From NCBI RefSeq assembly GCF_009914755.1, contig NC_060940.1: a stretch of DNA of 64,000 bases; one strand, written 5' to 3'. Below are positions 16,946 through 30,457 of the stretch, in pieces. Each line of letters opens with the position of its first letter. The first letter of the stretch is position 1. A program made the translations under genes and the position numbers. The DNA is from the human T2T-CHM13v2.0 reference genome, Homo sapiens. The notes under the pieces are model-generated. The model saw nothing but the letters and a program-made list of their open reading frames with translations, had not been told where the DNA came from and searched no databases.

Positions 16946-18174
16946 CTGATTTCCTTTCCAATGTCTTGATCACATGTGGGTCTCCTTTAAATTCCCTTCT
17001 ATCCTCCCATCCCCTGTTTGGAGACCCCAGTGGTCAGTAGCTGGCCAGGGCCTGACTTCAGATCCCATGATTAGAACAGGGGCAGCTCTGTTGATCAGAA
17101 ACCTCAGCCAGGGGTGCTAAGAAAAGAGCCTGAAAAATGAGTTTTCAGTCACTAATGGACCAAGAAAAGGTCCAAATTCCGTTTGGACCCCACTCAGAAA
17201 GTCCATCTCCTTCTCTCCAGAGGAGCTGAAGAGAACAAAGTGGACCCTGTTCCAGGAAGGAAGCCACAGCAGTTTCCACAGAGGCAGAGAGAATCATTTT
17301 TCTTAGGTGTGTGAAGGTCCTCAAAGAGTGAGGTAATAGGTTTCTTTATTAAAAATTAATCTTCTTGTAAAACCATTGCAATACAATGCACTTTAATAAA
17401 TCACCCCACGCTTCCGAACACATTTATTATCCCTTCTCAGGAAACAGTGGAGCCCAGAGAAATTGATGCTGCAGAGAGAATGGCTGCTGGTTCACTAATG
17501 AACTCAGATGGGGGCAGGGGCCGGGAGCCTGGGGCTGGGGACTGCGTTAGGTTTGAAATCCACCGGGTGGTGTGGATTTTGCATGGGTATTACAATTGGT
17601 TAAAATCTATTAGGCTTGGTTGGATCTTACAGCCCCCAGGTATACAACCCTTGGGATTTCTGGGTTGAGAGGGGCCCAGTAAAAGGACAGCAGCTCTGGC
17701 TAGGGCCGATAAGGTCATGTGAGCCTCCAGTTCTCCATGGGGGTGCTCTGGGATGACGGGTAGCATTAGTTCCAATTTGCAAACAGGGACTCAGCATTAG
17801 CCCCCAGTGGCTCCTTAAAGATGCTCCTCATCCTTCATCTCTGCTACATCCTTAGGCTTGGAGGCACTGGGATTTCAGAAGCAGGCGGAATACCTTCTCC
17901 CCTTGGCTACCTATTCCTTGAAGCTCTCTTCCTCCCTCATCTAGGAAGATTCTCTAACTGCCAGTACCCGTCAATTACAAAACCTTCCAGGTACTTTGGA
18001 TTCTTACTGGCTGAAGCAGCACCTCTCTACAGAAGTGACAAAACCGTCTTCTCTCCTTGACCAAGGATGACACTGACTGCCAAAACCATGCCAGCTGAAC
18101 CCCAAATTCCGTAGCCTCTCATGAAACTAGACCTTGCATCTCCTATCTGAAGCTCCTTTCTCAATTATTATGCC

Positions 18175-18443
<269 letters not shown>

Positions 18444-18501
18444 AATTATATAGCCCTAGATCTAGGCTGAAAAAGATGCTATTCTGTCCTCTCTGTGTTC
18501 T

Positions 18502-18590
18502 TTGTATTATTTTATTTTTAATTTTTGTGGGTACATAGTAGGTGTACATATTTATGGAGTACCTGAGATGTGTTGATATAGGCATGCATA
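18502..18590 (-). mobile_element. Very short L1MA 3'-end insertion
   Basis: TTTTTGTGGGTACATAGTAGGTGTA..ATAGGCATGCA; perfect 15-bp TSD TCCTCTCTGTGTTCT at 18487-18501 and 18591-18605. Confidence 0.85.
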
Positions 18591-19352
18591 TCCTCTCTGT
18601 GTTCTCTTTGTTTTTGGGATCCAAACAAAAATATTTCTTCTGTCAGTCTCTCCTCTCATGCAAATAAACATCCTGACTAGGAGATCCACCCACCTCCAGT
18701 AAATCCCAGAAAAATCAGACATATCCCATTTTGGGTTCAGCTGAGGATATCCCCTTTCCTGTACATCTTCCCTGCATTGTAATCCAATTCAGCGTCGTCT
18801 TGCACTCTTGTGCACTCTCTCTCTATCTCTCTGTGTGTGTGTGTTTGTGTGTGTGTTGGGGTGTGCACTTCTAGGAGCAGCCATGTTTCTATTACGGTAA
18901 TTAAACACAGGTGAAGGATAGCTTGGAGCTTTGAAATCCATATTCTTCTCCCCAGTTCCCCTCACATTTCTTCTTAAAGCGAGCTTGCTGACAAGCAGGT
19001 ACTGATGGATAACGGAACTCTCACTGATATCCCATTTGTGGTTGGAGTTTCAGGTAGTTGCATTTTTACAGTGCTTGGCACAGTGTAGGTAATAAATAAA
19101 TGTCTTTTCAATGAGTAAGAGAGTGAGAAATTAATGGATGAACAAGTGAGTGAGGCCAAAATTCTCATAGCTCAGGGAACAGGAGAAAGTCTGACTAATG
19201 TTTGGGAAGATGGCATGACACCAAGACCCTTAGTGGGAGAAGCCCAGCTGGAGAGGGGAGAGAGAAAGGAGAGGGGAGAGAGAAAGGGGTTCATGAAGAT
19301 GGGGCTGGAGATGCCGACAGGGTGCCTGCAGTGATGGGTTTTGTGGGCTGTA

Positions 19353-19641
19353 TTTTTTTTTTTTTTGAGACGGAGTCTTGCTGTCACCCAGGCTGGAGTA
19401 CAGTGGCGCAGTCTGGGCTCACTGCAGCTCCGACTCCCGGGTTCGCGCCATTCTCCTGCCTCAGCCTCAGTAGCTGGGACTACAGGCACCCACCACCATG
19501 CCTGGCTAATTTTTTGTATTTTTAGTAGAGTTGGGGATTCACCTTGTTAGCCAGGATGGTCTCGATCTCCTGACCTCATGTTCTACCCACCTCGGCCTCC
19601 AAAAGTGCTGGGATTACGGGCGTGAGCCACCGCGCCTGGCC
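19353..19641 (-). mobile_element. AluY-like, inserted in an L2 fragment
   Basis: GCCATTCTCC and TTAGCCAGGATGGTCTCGATCTCC; TSD TTGTGGGCTGTATT. Confidence 0.92.
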
Positions 19642-20727
19642 AGGTCTTGTGGGCTGTATTAAGCGTATTTGTCTTTATGGTGAAAGCAGTAGGGTCTTTG
19701 AACAGTTTTAAGCAGGAGACAGGTAAATAAAGATATTCAATAACTTTATCCCCATTCTGATCACTAGTAATGATACTTCATTAGATCATCACCATCCTTA
19801 GCATTGTTACCAATCATTGAGCAGTTGCTGAGCCAGGCTGTGTGTTAGGAGGTTTCTGTATCTGACTCAATGGTGCCTCCAGGCATTGTGTACCGTCATC
19901 AGTTTTGCATATGAGGGAATGGACTGACAGGGTGAAGACCATTACCCCGGCAGGAAAGCCTGAGTTTCATTGCACATCATGCCTTGCAAGGGCTTGTATA
20001 TCATGGGGTTCTCGCACTCCCCATATGAGGGGATACCATTGTGTCCTATTTCCTGCTCTTGGGTCGTGGAGAGGTCTATAAGGAACAGAGAGCTCTGCCT
20101 TTCTTTACTCAGTCAGTAAGTTTTTTGAGCACCAGCCATGTGCCAGGTACTGTGCTAGGCTCACCTTCTGAAACCCGTCTCGGAAGACACAAGGAACCTC
20201 TGAATTGGAGATGGTCTAAGTCCATTAATAAGCATTTTTTGAACAATATTTACTTTGTTAGTTTTGACAAGAAGTTAGAAGAATTAGATAGGACCCTTGT
20301 TTTCAAAAAGTTGTCAGCATGGGAGGAAGAAAACAGAGAGTCTTGACCGTGGAGGGGACAACAAAGAATGAGCTTCAAGCTATGATTAGGAGTGTTGCTG
20401 GTTACTGCTGCCTGCAGCTAATGTCTCCCCTGAGCATTGGATCCCTGTGTCCATTATGTTCTATGCATACCTCATGCTCAAAGGGGCTACAGTGGGAGAG
20501 AGGACTCCTTTTATGTCCCATAGTCTGTGTAAATGGTTCCTCCACCCACCAAATACATCACCTTTGACTCATCTCTTTCCCTTGTTCCATCCTTACAATG
20601 GATGGGTCTTAATTACCTCTTGGATCTGTCCCCATCTCCATCTGTCCTTCTCCTCCTCTGCTCCATTTCCCCCTCCTTGTCTCTGCTTTCTCTCCATCCA
20701 CAGGTCTGCTCTCCTGCCCTGGTATCA

Positions 20728-21037
20728 TATTCTGTTTGAGCCACTATAACAAAACACCACAGACTGGGTGGCTTATACACAACAGAAATGTATAGGTCAC
20801 GGTTCTGGAGGCTGGGAAGTGCAAATCAAGGTGTCAGCAGCTTCAGTGTCTGCTAAGGGCCCACTTCCTAGATGGCCGTCTTTTCAATGTGACATCCTAT
20901 GACAAAGGATCATACGAGCTCTCTGGGATCTCTTTTATAAGGGCCCTAATCCCATTCATGAAGGCTTATGCCTGTGACCTGACCACCTCCCAAGGGGCCT
21001 CACCTCTTTTAGGGGACACAATTATTTAGACCACAGC
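20728..21037 (-). mobile_element. MLT1A0-like MaLR LTR
   Basis: ATAACAAAACACCACAGACTGGGTGGCTTA...GTTCTGGAGGCTGGGAAGT...TAATCCCATTCATGA. Confidence 0.82.
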
Positions 21038-22940
21038 CCCTGGGAGGTTAGCAATATCTTCCTATGGTGCCTCTCTGCTTCCATCTATGCTCTGCTTCTG
21101 CTCTAGAGTGGTCTTTCAAAAGCATGACCTCACTGTGCCACTTCTATGAAACCCTACAGAGGTTTCACTTTGCTTGCAGGAAGCAGTGCAAACTGTATTT
21201 TGGAACACAGGTTCTTTCTGACCTGGGTCCTTATCTTCTGCCATTTACCTCTTGGAAGACTTACGTTCTACTGACGCTGGACTACTTGACATTTCCTATC
21301 GAAGTTGTGTCTCCAGGCCCTTATCTATGCTGCTCCCACTGCCTGGAATACCCTTTCCCTCTGCCATGCCCACCAGGTGAATCACAGCTTATCCTTTAAG
21401 ACATGGCTTTAGTTTCTTTCAACAAATATTATTGAGCACTTTCTTTACATGCTAGATCATGCCCTAGGCAGGCCCTGGAGCCCCAGAAATGATGGATAAA
21501 TGAGGAGCTAGCTTTGTACCTCAAGTGCCCTGTCACTTTTTCATTCATCACTCACCTCCGTTAGAGAGGGTTGGCCTTTCTGCTGGCCTTTATCGTCGCA
21601 TCCCACTCTGTTGAGGTACCTTGCTTACAAGCCAACATCCCCCACCAGACCGGGACCTCTGGCAGGGAGGGGTGATGTCTTTGTCTTCAGGTGACTTTAC
21701 TGCACACTCACTGTGTCTGAGACATTGCGCTTCTGCACTATAAATGCACTTTTGCATTAAATATTTCTACCACCTCTAGGAAGTGGTTGTTGCTGTCATT
21801 CCCATTTTATAGATGGAGGAAGCAGAGCTCATGGGGATTAAAACACTTGCCCCTGGTCCATACTCACCCCATAGCCTGACTGCAAAGTTCATTCTCTTAA
21901 CCGCCATGCTACATTGTCTTATTCAGTTCTTTGTCTTCGGCACATCACGTGGAATAGGGCACAGAGACGTTTGCTAAAGGAATCTTACTGTCTTTATATA
22001 AATCCTGCAAGGGGGGAGGCAGGAACAGATGACATTGGAGAAGAGGTGGGGTGAGGAAGGACCATCCCGGTGACCCCGGCCACGTGGCTGGACCGTGCCC
22101 GGATTGATCAGCATTAGCAGCACCAGAGCTGCAGCTGCCCGCACGTTTCTAGCCACAAGGGAGGGGAACCCACCCCAGCTTCTTTTCATCATCAGCCTAA
22201 CTAATTTCTTCCCCCACCTGCTTTTGTGTTTTTGCTTGGCGGTTGTCAGAGGGCACCTGAAAATGAGCTTGGTGAGAAGGAACGTTTTCCCCATGAATCA
22301 GCTCTGAAATCATTCCTCTGAAGTGCGTCACAGCGTTACCCTGAATTGTTGGGACGCGACTCCAGCAGCGTCCTGAGTGACACCGTTCCCCCGTCTGTCT
22401 CCTGTGCTCTCCCAGCCTCACAGGGGTTTAAGACGATCAGACAGTTAGACAAGCCAGTCTAGATCCAGCCCTCTCTTTGACAGCAATTTCTTAGAGGAAA
22501 TTTCATCTCAATTTCGGGAAGTCTTCTCTCCTCTCTGATTGATGGTTTTCCCAACCTCAGGCTCCACAATGCCACACGTTTAAGGGGATCCCTCATCACA
22601 GTGCCCTCCCTGTGAGCCCACCTCCTCTGGGAGGGCAGGAAGGAGGTTTGCTGGCCACCAGTCCTCAAGTGCCTGATTTTCCCTCGTTTCCCTTTCCTTC
22701 CCTAGACATGCTGCCCTGAGGTGCTCCTACCAGGGTCTCTGCAGCACACCCCCATCAGGACCAAACTCATTGCTCAGGCAGGACAAAGGCTCTCTGCTGC
22801 AGACTGCTGTCATTTTCTCCTCGTCTGGCCTGGGAGATAACATGGGGGGCTGCCTCAGATGCTGAAGCCTAAGACTACTACTAGGCTGGCCACTTTCCAT
22901 CCCAGTTGGGGCGGGGAAGTGGGCTGTCTGTCATTCTCTC

Positions 22941-23253
22941 TTTTTTTTTTTTTTTTTTTTTTTTTGAGACGGAGTCTTGCTGTGTCACCCAGGCTGGAGT
23001 GCAGTGTTGCAATCATGGCTTACGGCTCACTGTAGCCTTTGACTCCTGGACATGAGCAGTTCTTCTGCCTCAGCCTCCCAAGTAGCTGGGACTACAGGCA
23101 CCTGCCACTAAGCCCAGCTAATTTTTTCAGTTTTTGTAGACATGAGGTCTTGCTATGGTGTTCAGGCTTGTGTCCAGCTCCTGGGATCAAGTGATCCTCC
23201 TGCTTTGGCCTCCCAAAATGCTGGGATTATAGGTATGACCTACCATGTCTGGT
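22941..23253 (-). mobile_element. AluJ
   Basis: Poly-T plus antisense diverged Alu. Confidence 0.9.
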
Positions 23254-23286
23254 TCTTTATTATTATTAATGTGTTTGTTTTATTTT

Positions 23287-23655
23287 TGTCTCAGTCTGTT
23301 CCTGCTGCTGTAACAAAATTCCTGAGACTGTGTAACTTACAAAGAACAGAAAGCACAAACATTAATTTTCTCATAGTTCTGGAGGGTGGGAAGTCCAAGG
23401 TCAAGGCACCAGCAGGTTCAGTGTTTAGTGAGGGCTGCCCTCTTAGCATCCAGGATGGTCTCTTGCTGCTGCATCCTCACATGGTGAAAGGAGAAGGGCA
23501 AAAAGGGCCCAGCCAGTTTCCTGCAGCCCTTTTATAAGGCACGGAGCCTTCATGGCCTGATCACCTCCTAAAGACCCCACTTACTAATAATGTTGCATTG
23601 AGGATTAAGTTCCAACATAATTTTTGGAGGGGACACAAACATTCAGAGCATATCA
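23287..23655 (-). mobile_element. MSTD/MLT1A1-type MaLR LTR
   Basis: TGTCTCAGTCTGTTCCTGCTGCTGTAACAAAA...GGGACACAAACATTCAGA. Confidence 0.85.
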
Positions 23656-23716
23656 GGTATGAACACTTAACGTAAGATCTATCCTTTTAGCAAATTAAAA
23701 AGAAGTTGTTTATAAA

Positions 23717-24116
23717 TTGGGTTGGTTCCATGATTTTGCTGTTGTGAATTGTGCTGCCACAAACATGAATTAACAGCATTTGCAATGATCTGGATGAAAT
23801 TAGAGACTATTATTCTAAGTGAAGTAACTCAGGAATGAAAAACCAAACATCTTATGTTGTCACTGATATGTTAGAGCTAAGCTATGAGGATGCAAAGGCA
23901 TAAGAATGATACAATAGACTTTGGGGACTTGGGGGGAATAGGGAGAGGGGCAAGGGATAAAAGACAACAAATATGGTGCAGTGTTTACTGCTTGGGTGGT
24001 GGGTGTGGCAGGTTCTCACAAATCTCCACTAAATAACTTACTCATGTAACCAAATACCACCTGTACCCCAATAGCTTATGGAAAAATAAAATTAATAAAT
24101 ACAAATAAAAAATAAA
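23717..24116 (+). mobile_element. L1PB1-like 3' end with a short 5' inversion
   Basis: GCTAAGCTATGAGGATGCAAAGGCATAAGAATGATAC 3'UTR; A-rich tail; 23717-23767 is antisense L1; TSD AAGTTGTTTATAA / AAGTTATTTATAA. Confidence 0.88.
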
Positions 24117-24327
24117 AAGTTATTTATAATTGAGTGGGTTCTCACTAATAATAGTAATAAATAAGTTCTGGAGATCTACTCTATAGCATAGATCCTATAG
24201 CTACAAATACTATATTGTGCACTTAAAATTTTCCAACCACAAAGAAATGGTGGGCAAGAATTGAGGTGATAGGTACATTTAAAATACACAATGCTGCTAC
24301 AAGAATTACGGAATTATGTCTTGTGTC

Positions 24328-24632
24328 TGTGGAATTATGTCTTCTTGGGTTTCCAACCCATGGCCTGGAGAGTCCATCCTGGGCTCCTGGAGTGTGCAAG
24401 TTGGAAGGAATTGGAGATGGTTTGTTGTCATGGTTAAGTGCATGGACTTTGGAACCTAGCTGCCCAGGTTTAAGTTCCAGCTCTGCCATGCACATCTTTG
24501 GGACCTTGAGTGTGTTGCTTAAAATGCATCTGAAAGGCATCTGAGGCCTCTGTCTTGCCAGGCTGTGGGCTTAGATGTTGCTTTCCACATGATAACTGCA
24601 TAATTTGAGGCTGGTTGCTTCAGAGGTCTTAG
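24328..24632 (+). repeat. Duplicated segments A (24328-24522) and B (24536-24632)
   Basis: A matches 26659-26861 (26-nt exact block 24423-24448 = 26762-26787); B matches 26345-26441 (82/97 identical). Confidence 0.92.
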
Positions 24633-25137
24633 GGCACCAAGCTGTAGGAACTATGCTGTGTAGTAGATCTCAAGGACTTATTCATCAGTTTAAAATTAGT
24701 AATGCTATTGGGAGCCACTGCTGTACCCCATTTGGAACTTTTCCCTCTTAGCGTATTAAACCCTTCTGCCTACCCATTGCCTTACCCTGAGGATCCTGGA
24801 GGACTGTGAGAGTCCTGGGCACATAGAGGGCAGTCGGATACTGACGCAGTGAGTGGATGAACACCCATTCACTTTGCTATTCTAGCATAAGTCCTTACAC
24901 ATAGTTGGTACTTGATAACTATTTTGGAAGTGAGATTAGAGGTTGAGTATGTGAACAGATAAATAACTGAATACCAGATGGCAAGTACATAAAGGAAGGG
25001 GTAGCTCCTGCCTCTTGGAACTAATGAGCTGGCAGAGTCGTAACCAAATGCAACATAGCATGTGAAGTGTTCTATCGAGGGAATAGTCGATATTGCTTAT
25101 TGAGAATATAATATGTGTCAGGCACTGCCCTCTATGG

Positions 25138-25649
25138 CTGGGGTCCCCAAACCCCAGGCCACGGACTGCTACCAGTCCATGGCCTATTAGGAACCCAACC
25201 ACACAGAAGGAGGTGAGTTGCAGGCAAGTAAGTGAAGCTTCATCTTTATTTACAGCCACTCCCCATCACTCACATTATCACCTGAGCTCCACCTCCAGTC
25301 AGGTCAGTGGCAGCATTAGATTATCATAGGAGTGCAAATCCTATTGTGAACTGCACATGTGAGGGATCTAGGTTGCATGCTCCTTATGAGAATTTAATGC
25401 CCGATGATCTGTCACTGTCTCCCATCACCCCCAGATGGGACTGTCTAATTGCAGGAAAACAAGCTCAGGGCTCCCACTGATTCTACATTACAGCAAGTTG
25501 TATAATTATTTTATTATATATTACAAAGTAATAATATAAATGAAGGGCACAATAAACATAATGTAATTGAATCCCACATCTCCCTGGTCCATGGAAAAAT
25601 TGTCTTCCATGAAACCAGTCCCTGGTGCCAAAAAGGCTGGGAACCACTG
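25138..25649 (+). mobile_element. MER1A (hAT-Charlie)
   Basis: Termini CTGGGGTCCCCAA / AAGGCTGGGAACCACTG; 8-bp TSD CTCTATGG / ATCTATGG; 512 bp. Confidence 0.92.
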
Positions 25650-26344
25650 ATCTATGGTATAAGAGTTAAGGACAAGGCCCTGTAGCCAGATGGCCTGGTT
25701 TCGAATCAAGATATTGTGACTTACTAGTGAGGGAAACTTTGAGGAGTTGCTTCACCTCTCTGGGCCTGGGAGCTAGAAGAAGTGCTCTTATCCACTTTGA
25801 GGACTAAGAAGCCAAGGATCAGAATGATTAAATTAATTTTCTCCGGGCCCAGGACAGAGTAGGAGGGGGCGCCAGAGTCTGCGCCAGGTCCCTGTTATTT
25901 CCGAGGACTTGTGAAGAGCCCACCATGATGACAGCTGAGTGGATGGTAGAAGGGGGCTGCCTCCCTCTTTTTTGGTCACCCAAGTGTGTCCTTCTTACAG
26001 TCATGGAGCTTGTCTGTCTCCCTCCTTGACAGGGAAAACAAGTGCCAGACAGTGTCCCAGTATCCAGGGCAAAAGGCTATCTGGTGTCTCCATTTGTCTC
26101 AGAAAAGCCAGGGCACATTCCCAGGGCCCCAGTTATGCTCTCTTCATGCAGGGGGCTGCAGGGTGACTTTAGGCTGGTCAGTGGCTTTCTGGGGTGATTG
26201 ACACATGCAATTTCCCTCCTCCTGTCTGGCTGAGGTGTGGAAGGAAAATTGGATGTTGTTGAATAATTGAAAATGAAAATCCCTGCAAATTGATTCCTAT
26301 GAAAACAAAACTGAGTTCCACAATTAGGCATCTTGCCTTTGCAG

Positions 26345-26861
26345 GGCATCTGAGGCCTCTCTCTTCCCACGCTGCAGGCTCAGACGTTGCTTTCTACATT
26401 ATAACTGCACACTTTGAGCCCAGTGGCTTCAGAGGTCTTAGCAACTCCAGAGAGTATCTAGAAGGGAACCCTGAGGCCTACTTCCCATCCCTGGTTCCTG
26501 AGGTGGGCTAGGAGGTTTATCCTTTGGTTTACTTTCCTGGGGGACTCCAGTGACATAACTAGATGTTTCATACTGGCTTGTGAGTGGGCTCTGTCCATCT
26601 GGATTCTTACTGTGAGGGTCAACACTCTTACTCCATCAGAAAATTAAGAGGTCCCCATTGTGGAATGATGTTTTTGCAAGCTTTCCAATCCATGGCCTGG
26701 AGAGTTTTACTAAGAAGTTAGACTCTTGGAGCATCAACACAGGAAGGAATTGGAGGTGGTCTGTTGTCATGGTTAAGTGCATGGACTCTGGACCCTCGTT
26801 GCCCAGGTTTAAGTCCCAGCTCGGCTATGCACAGCTTCAAAACCTTGCAAGCGTTGCTTAA
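26345..26861 (+). repeat. Second copy of the duplicated segments in swapped order, B' (26345-26441) then A' (26659-26861)
   Basis: Direct alignment to 24328-24632. Confidence 0.92.
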
Positions 26862-27394
26862 CTTCTTCAGAATGCAATATAGTGATGGAAGGCAGCCCCG
26901 TTGGGGAAGGAATGAGCAGTACCAGGAACCCCAGGTTCAGAGATGTTCCCTGCCCAGGCTGTGAGCAGGGTACTGCAGGGACCTCCCCTCTCTATGCCAC
27001 ATCTTTTGCAGATTCCACCTTCATGCTCATTTCCTGTATACAATCACAGCTCTTAACAGAGCAGCACCAGGAGTCACCTACTATAAGGTTCGAAGGAAGT
27101 GTCTAGATCATCTACTGGGGTTTTACCTGGAATTTGTGGGTCAAATTTAGGAGCATTCATAAACTTGGATGGAAAAAATTATAGCATCTTTTCTCAGTGC
27201 ATTTTTTATGGTAAAAACCATGTAACATAAAAGTTATCATATGAACCAATTTAAAGTGTACAATGTAAGGACATTAAGGACGTTGACAGCGTTGTACAGC
27301 CATCACCACTGTCTGCCCCAGAAACTTTTCATCACCCCAAAGTAAAGCCTCATACCTATTAAGCAATCACTCCCTGTTTCCTCCTTCCCTTATT

Positions 27395-27870
27395 ATTCCT
27401 TAATATGAATAAGGAATAATATTCCTTAATATGAATAAGGAATAATATTCCGTAATATGAATAAGGAATAATATTCCGTAATATGAATAAGGAATAATAT
27501 TCCGTAATATGAATAAGGAATAATATTCCGTAATATGAATAAGGAATAATATTCCGTAATATGAATAAGGAATAATATTCCGTAATATGAATAAGGAATA
27601 ATATTCCGTAATATGAATAAGGAATAATATTCCGTAATATGAATAAGGAATAATATTCCTTAATATGAATAAGGAATAATATTCCTTAATATGAATAAGG
27701 AATAATATTCCTTAATATGAATAAGGAATAATATTCCTTAATATGAATAAGGAATAATATTCCTTAATATGAATAAGGAATAATATTCCTTAATATGAAT
27801 AAGGAATAATATTCCTTAATATGAATAAGGAATAATATTCCTTAATATGAATAAGGAATATTATTCCTTA
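27395..27870. repeat. 26-bp AT-rich minisatellite, ~18.3 copies
   Basis: Unit ATTCC(T/G)TAATATGAATAAGGAATAAT; order is 2 T-units, 8 G-units, 8 T-units. Confidence 0.98.
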
Positions 27871-28145
27871 TATATATTATTATATATAACATATTATTCT
27901 TATATGTTATATAATATTTCTTATAGTAATATTCCTTATTATGAATATTACTTACTCATTTACAAACACTCTTCCCTTAGCACTTTTTATCTAACATTTA
28001 CCTGAAATATACTGTGCCCCTCAAGTGTGAATTGTGAAGCAAACCACAGTTGTATTAGCAGTACCTGTGACTTTGTCCCCAGTAGATGTCCAGCTGTTTT
28101 CATTCCACATTACAGTGTTTCAGATGTTTTGAAAGTCTTTTATGC

Positions 28146-28369
28146 CAGGAGGTGGCAAACTATTTCTGAAAAAGGCCAGGTAGTAGATATATTTTGGTGT
28201 TGTGACCTATATGGTCGCTGTCTCAATGACTCAACTCTACCATTTGGCATGAAAGCAGCCACAGATAACATGTAAACAAATGGGTGTGGTTGTGTGTCAA
28301 GAAAACTTTATTTACAAAAGCAAGAGCTGGGCCAGATTTGGCTTGCAGGCAATAGTTTGCTAACCTCTA
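28146..28369 (+). mobile_element. MER58A (hAT-Charlie)
   Basis: GGCAAACTATTTCTGAAAAAGGCCAG...AAAACTTTATTTACAAAA...TAGTTTGC; 8-bp TSD TTTTATGC / CTTTATGC. Confidence 0.9.
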
Positions 28370-28849
28370 CTTTATGCTCATCTCTGTTGTGAAGTTACTA
28401 ATAGTTATTAGATTCACTGCTGTGTTTTGTTATTTAACATATTAATTAAAATCACATCCATATGCTGTCCTATAAATTTTTTATATGTGTATTTTAACAC
28501 AAGTTCCTTTTATAATTCCAAATATATTATTTATTCATTTATTAACACTATTGTGAGAAGTGGTAGATAGAGTTCATCTGACTTGTGAAGGGATCCGTGG
28601 CAGGAGCAAGCTAAGGAGCCCTGAATCCTTGACCAATAGTGTTGGAAATGCTAGAATATCTTTGAAATATTCCAGAAAACAGTTGTGTAGCTTCTTCTAG
28701 TGCACCTTCAATGACATAGTGCTCACCATCTCCCAGAGAAGCCTATCTCTTCGTTGGAGCATCCTTGACTCTACGAATATTCTTTCTCCTGTTGACCAAG
28801 TCTTTTTCTCTTTCACACATGAGACCCTCCTTTAAAGCTACATTGAACA

Positions 28850-29177
<328 letters not shown>

Positions 29178-29525
29178 TCATATTCTACTTCTACACAGTA
29201 GTTGAAGACAACTCTCTATGCACCCCGAGAACTCCCTCCCTCTACATCAAGACTCTGCAAGATTTTTCTGACAAGGGCCAGGTAGTAACTGTTTTAGGCT
29301 TTCTGATCATACTGCTTCTGTCTTAACTAGTCAACTCTACTGCAGTGTGAAGGCAACCACAGAGGGTGTGCAAAGAAATGGCTGCAGCTGTTTTTTAGTT
29401 AAATTTTAGATGGCAACCCCTGCTTTGAGTTAAATCCTTCCTAATTCTAAGTCCCCTTGCTATAATGGCCATCTTCCTCTGGATGCACGCCACTGTGTCT
29501 CTACAGTTTTTTTCTCCTACACTCG

Positions 29526-29985
29526 TCCATTCATTCATTCATCCACTCACCCATCCACCTGGCCATCCATCCATCCACCCACCCACTCATCCAGGCTTTT
29601 GTCCATCCATCCATCCATCCATCCATCCATCCATCCATCCATCCATCCACCCATCCACCCACCCATCCACCCACCCACCCACCCACCTATCCATGCATCC
29701 ATCCATGCATTCCTCTATGCATCCAATCCATCCATCCATCATCTATCTAGTCTTCTGTCCATCCATGTATCCATCCATCTACCCACCCATCCATCCATCC
29801 TTTCAGCCAGCCAGCCAGCCTGCCTTCTGTCTAACCATTAATCCACTCAGCCACCTATCCACCCATCCATCCATGCATTCAGTCTATCCATCCCTGCATC
29901 CAATCCATCCTTTCATGTATCTGTCCGCTCATCCATCCACCCATTCATCTGTCCATTCAACCACCCACAAATCTACCCATCCATG
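29526..29985. repeat. Degenerate (CCAT)n/(CCAC)n simple repeat
   Basis: Long run of CCAT/CCAC tetramers, probably an expanded L2 tail. Confidence 0.95.
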
Positions 29986-30160
29986 TGTGGGAGAGCATGA
30001 TTTAACTCATATATAAACAATTTATAATTACTGTGATAAGAGCTGCAAAGGGAATAAACATGGTATTAAAGGATAATAGTCACTAGTAAGGTGGTGTGAT
30101 GAGGTCTGAGTGAGTGACATCTTAATCTAGAAATAAAGGATGAAAAAAATGCAACCACCG

Positions 30161-30457
<297 letters not shown>

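Larger units (their letters stand above)
27115..28623. mobile_element. Charlie4a-like hAT element interrupted by an L1MB fragment (~27200-27390), the VNTR and MER58A
   Basis: AACTTGGATGGAAAAAATT start; GTATTAGCAGTACCTGTGACTTTG middle; GGATCCGTGGC..GCTAAGGAGCCCTG end. Confidence 0.6.

Noticed and set aside
25858-25875. CTCF-like motif AGGAGGGGGCGCC
   Set aside because: Lacks the conserved 5' CC core; weak single match
27395-27870. CRISPR-like array of palindromic repeats
   Set aside because: Units are head-to-tail with no unique spacers, there are no cas genes, and the DNA is human; it is a minisatellite
29465-30016. 183-aa His/Pro/Ser-rich ORF
   Set aside because: Translation of a (CCAT)n simple repeat
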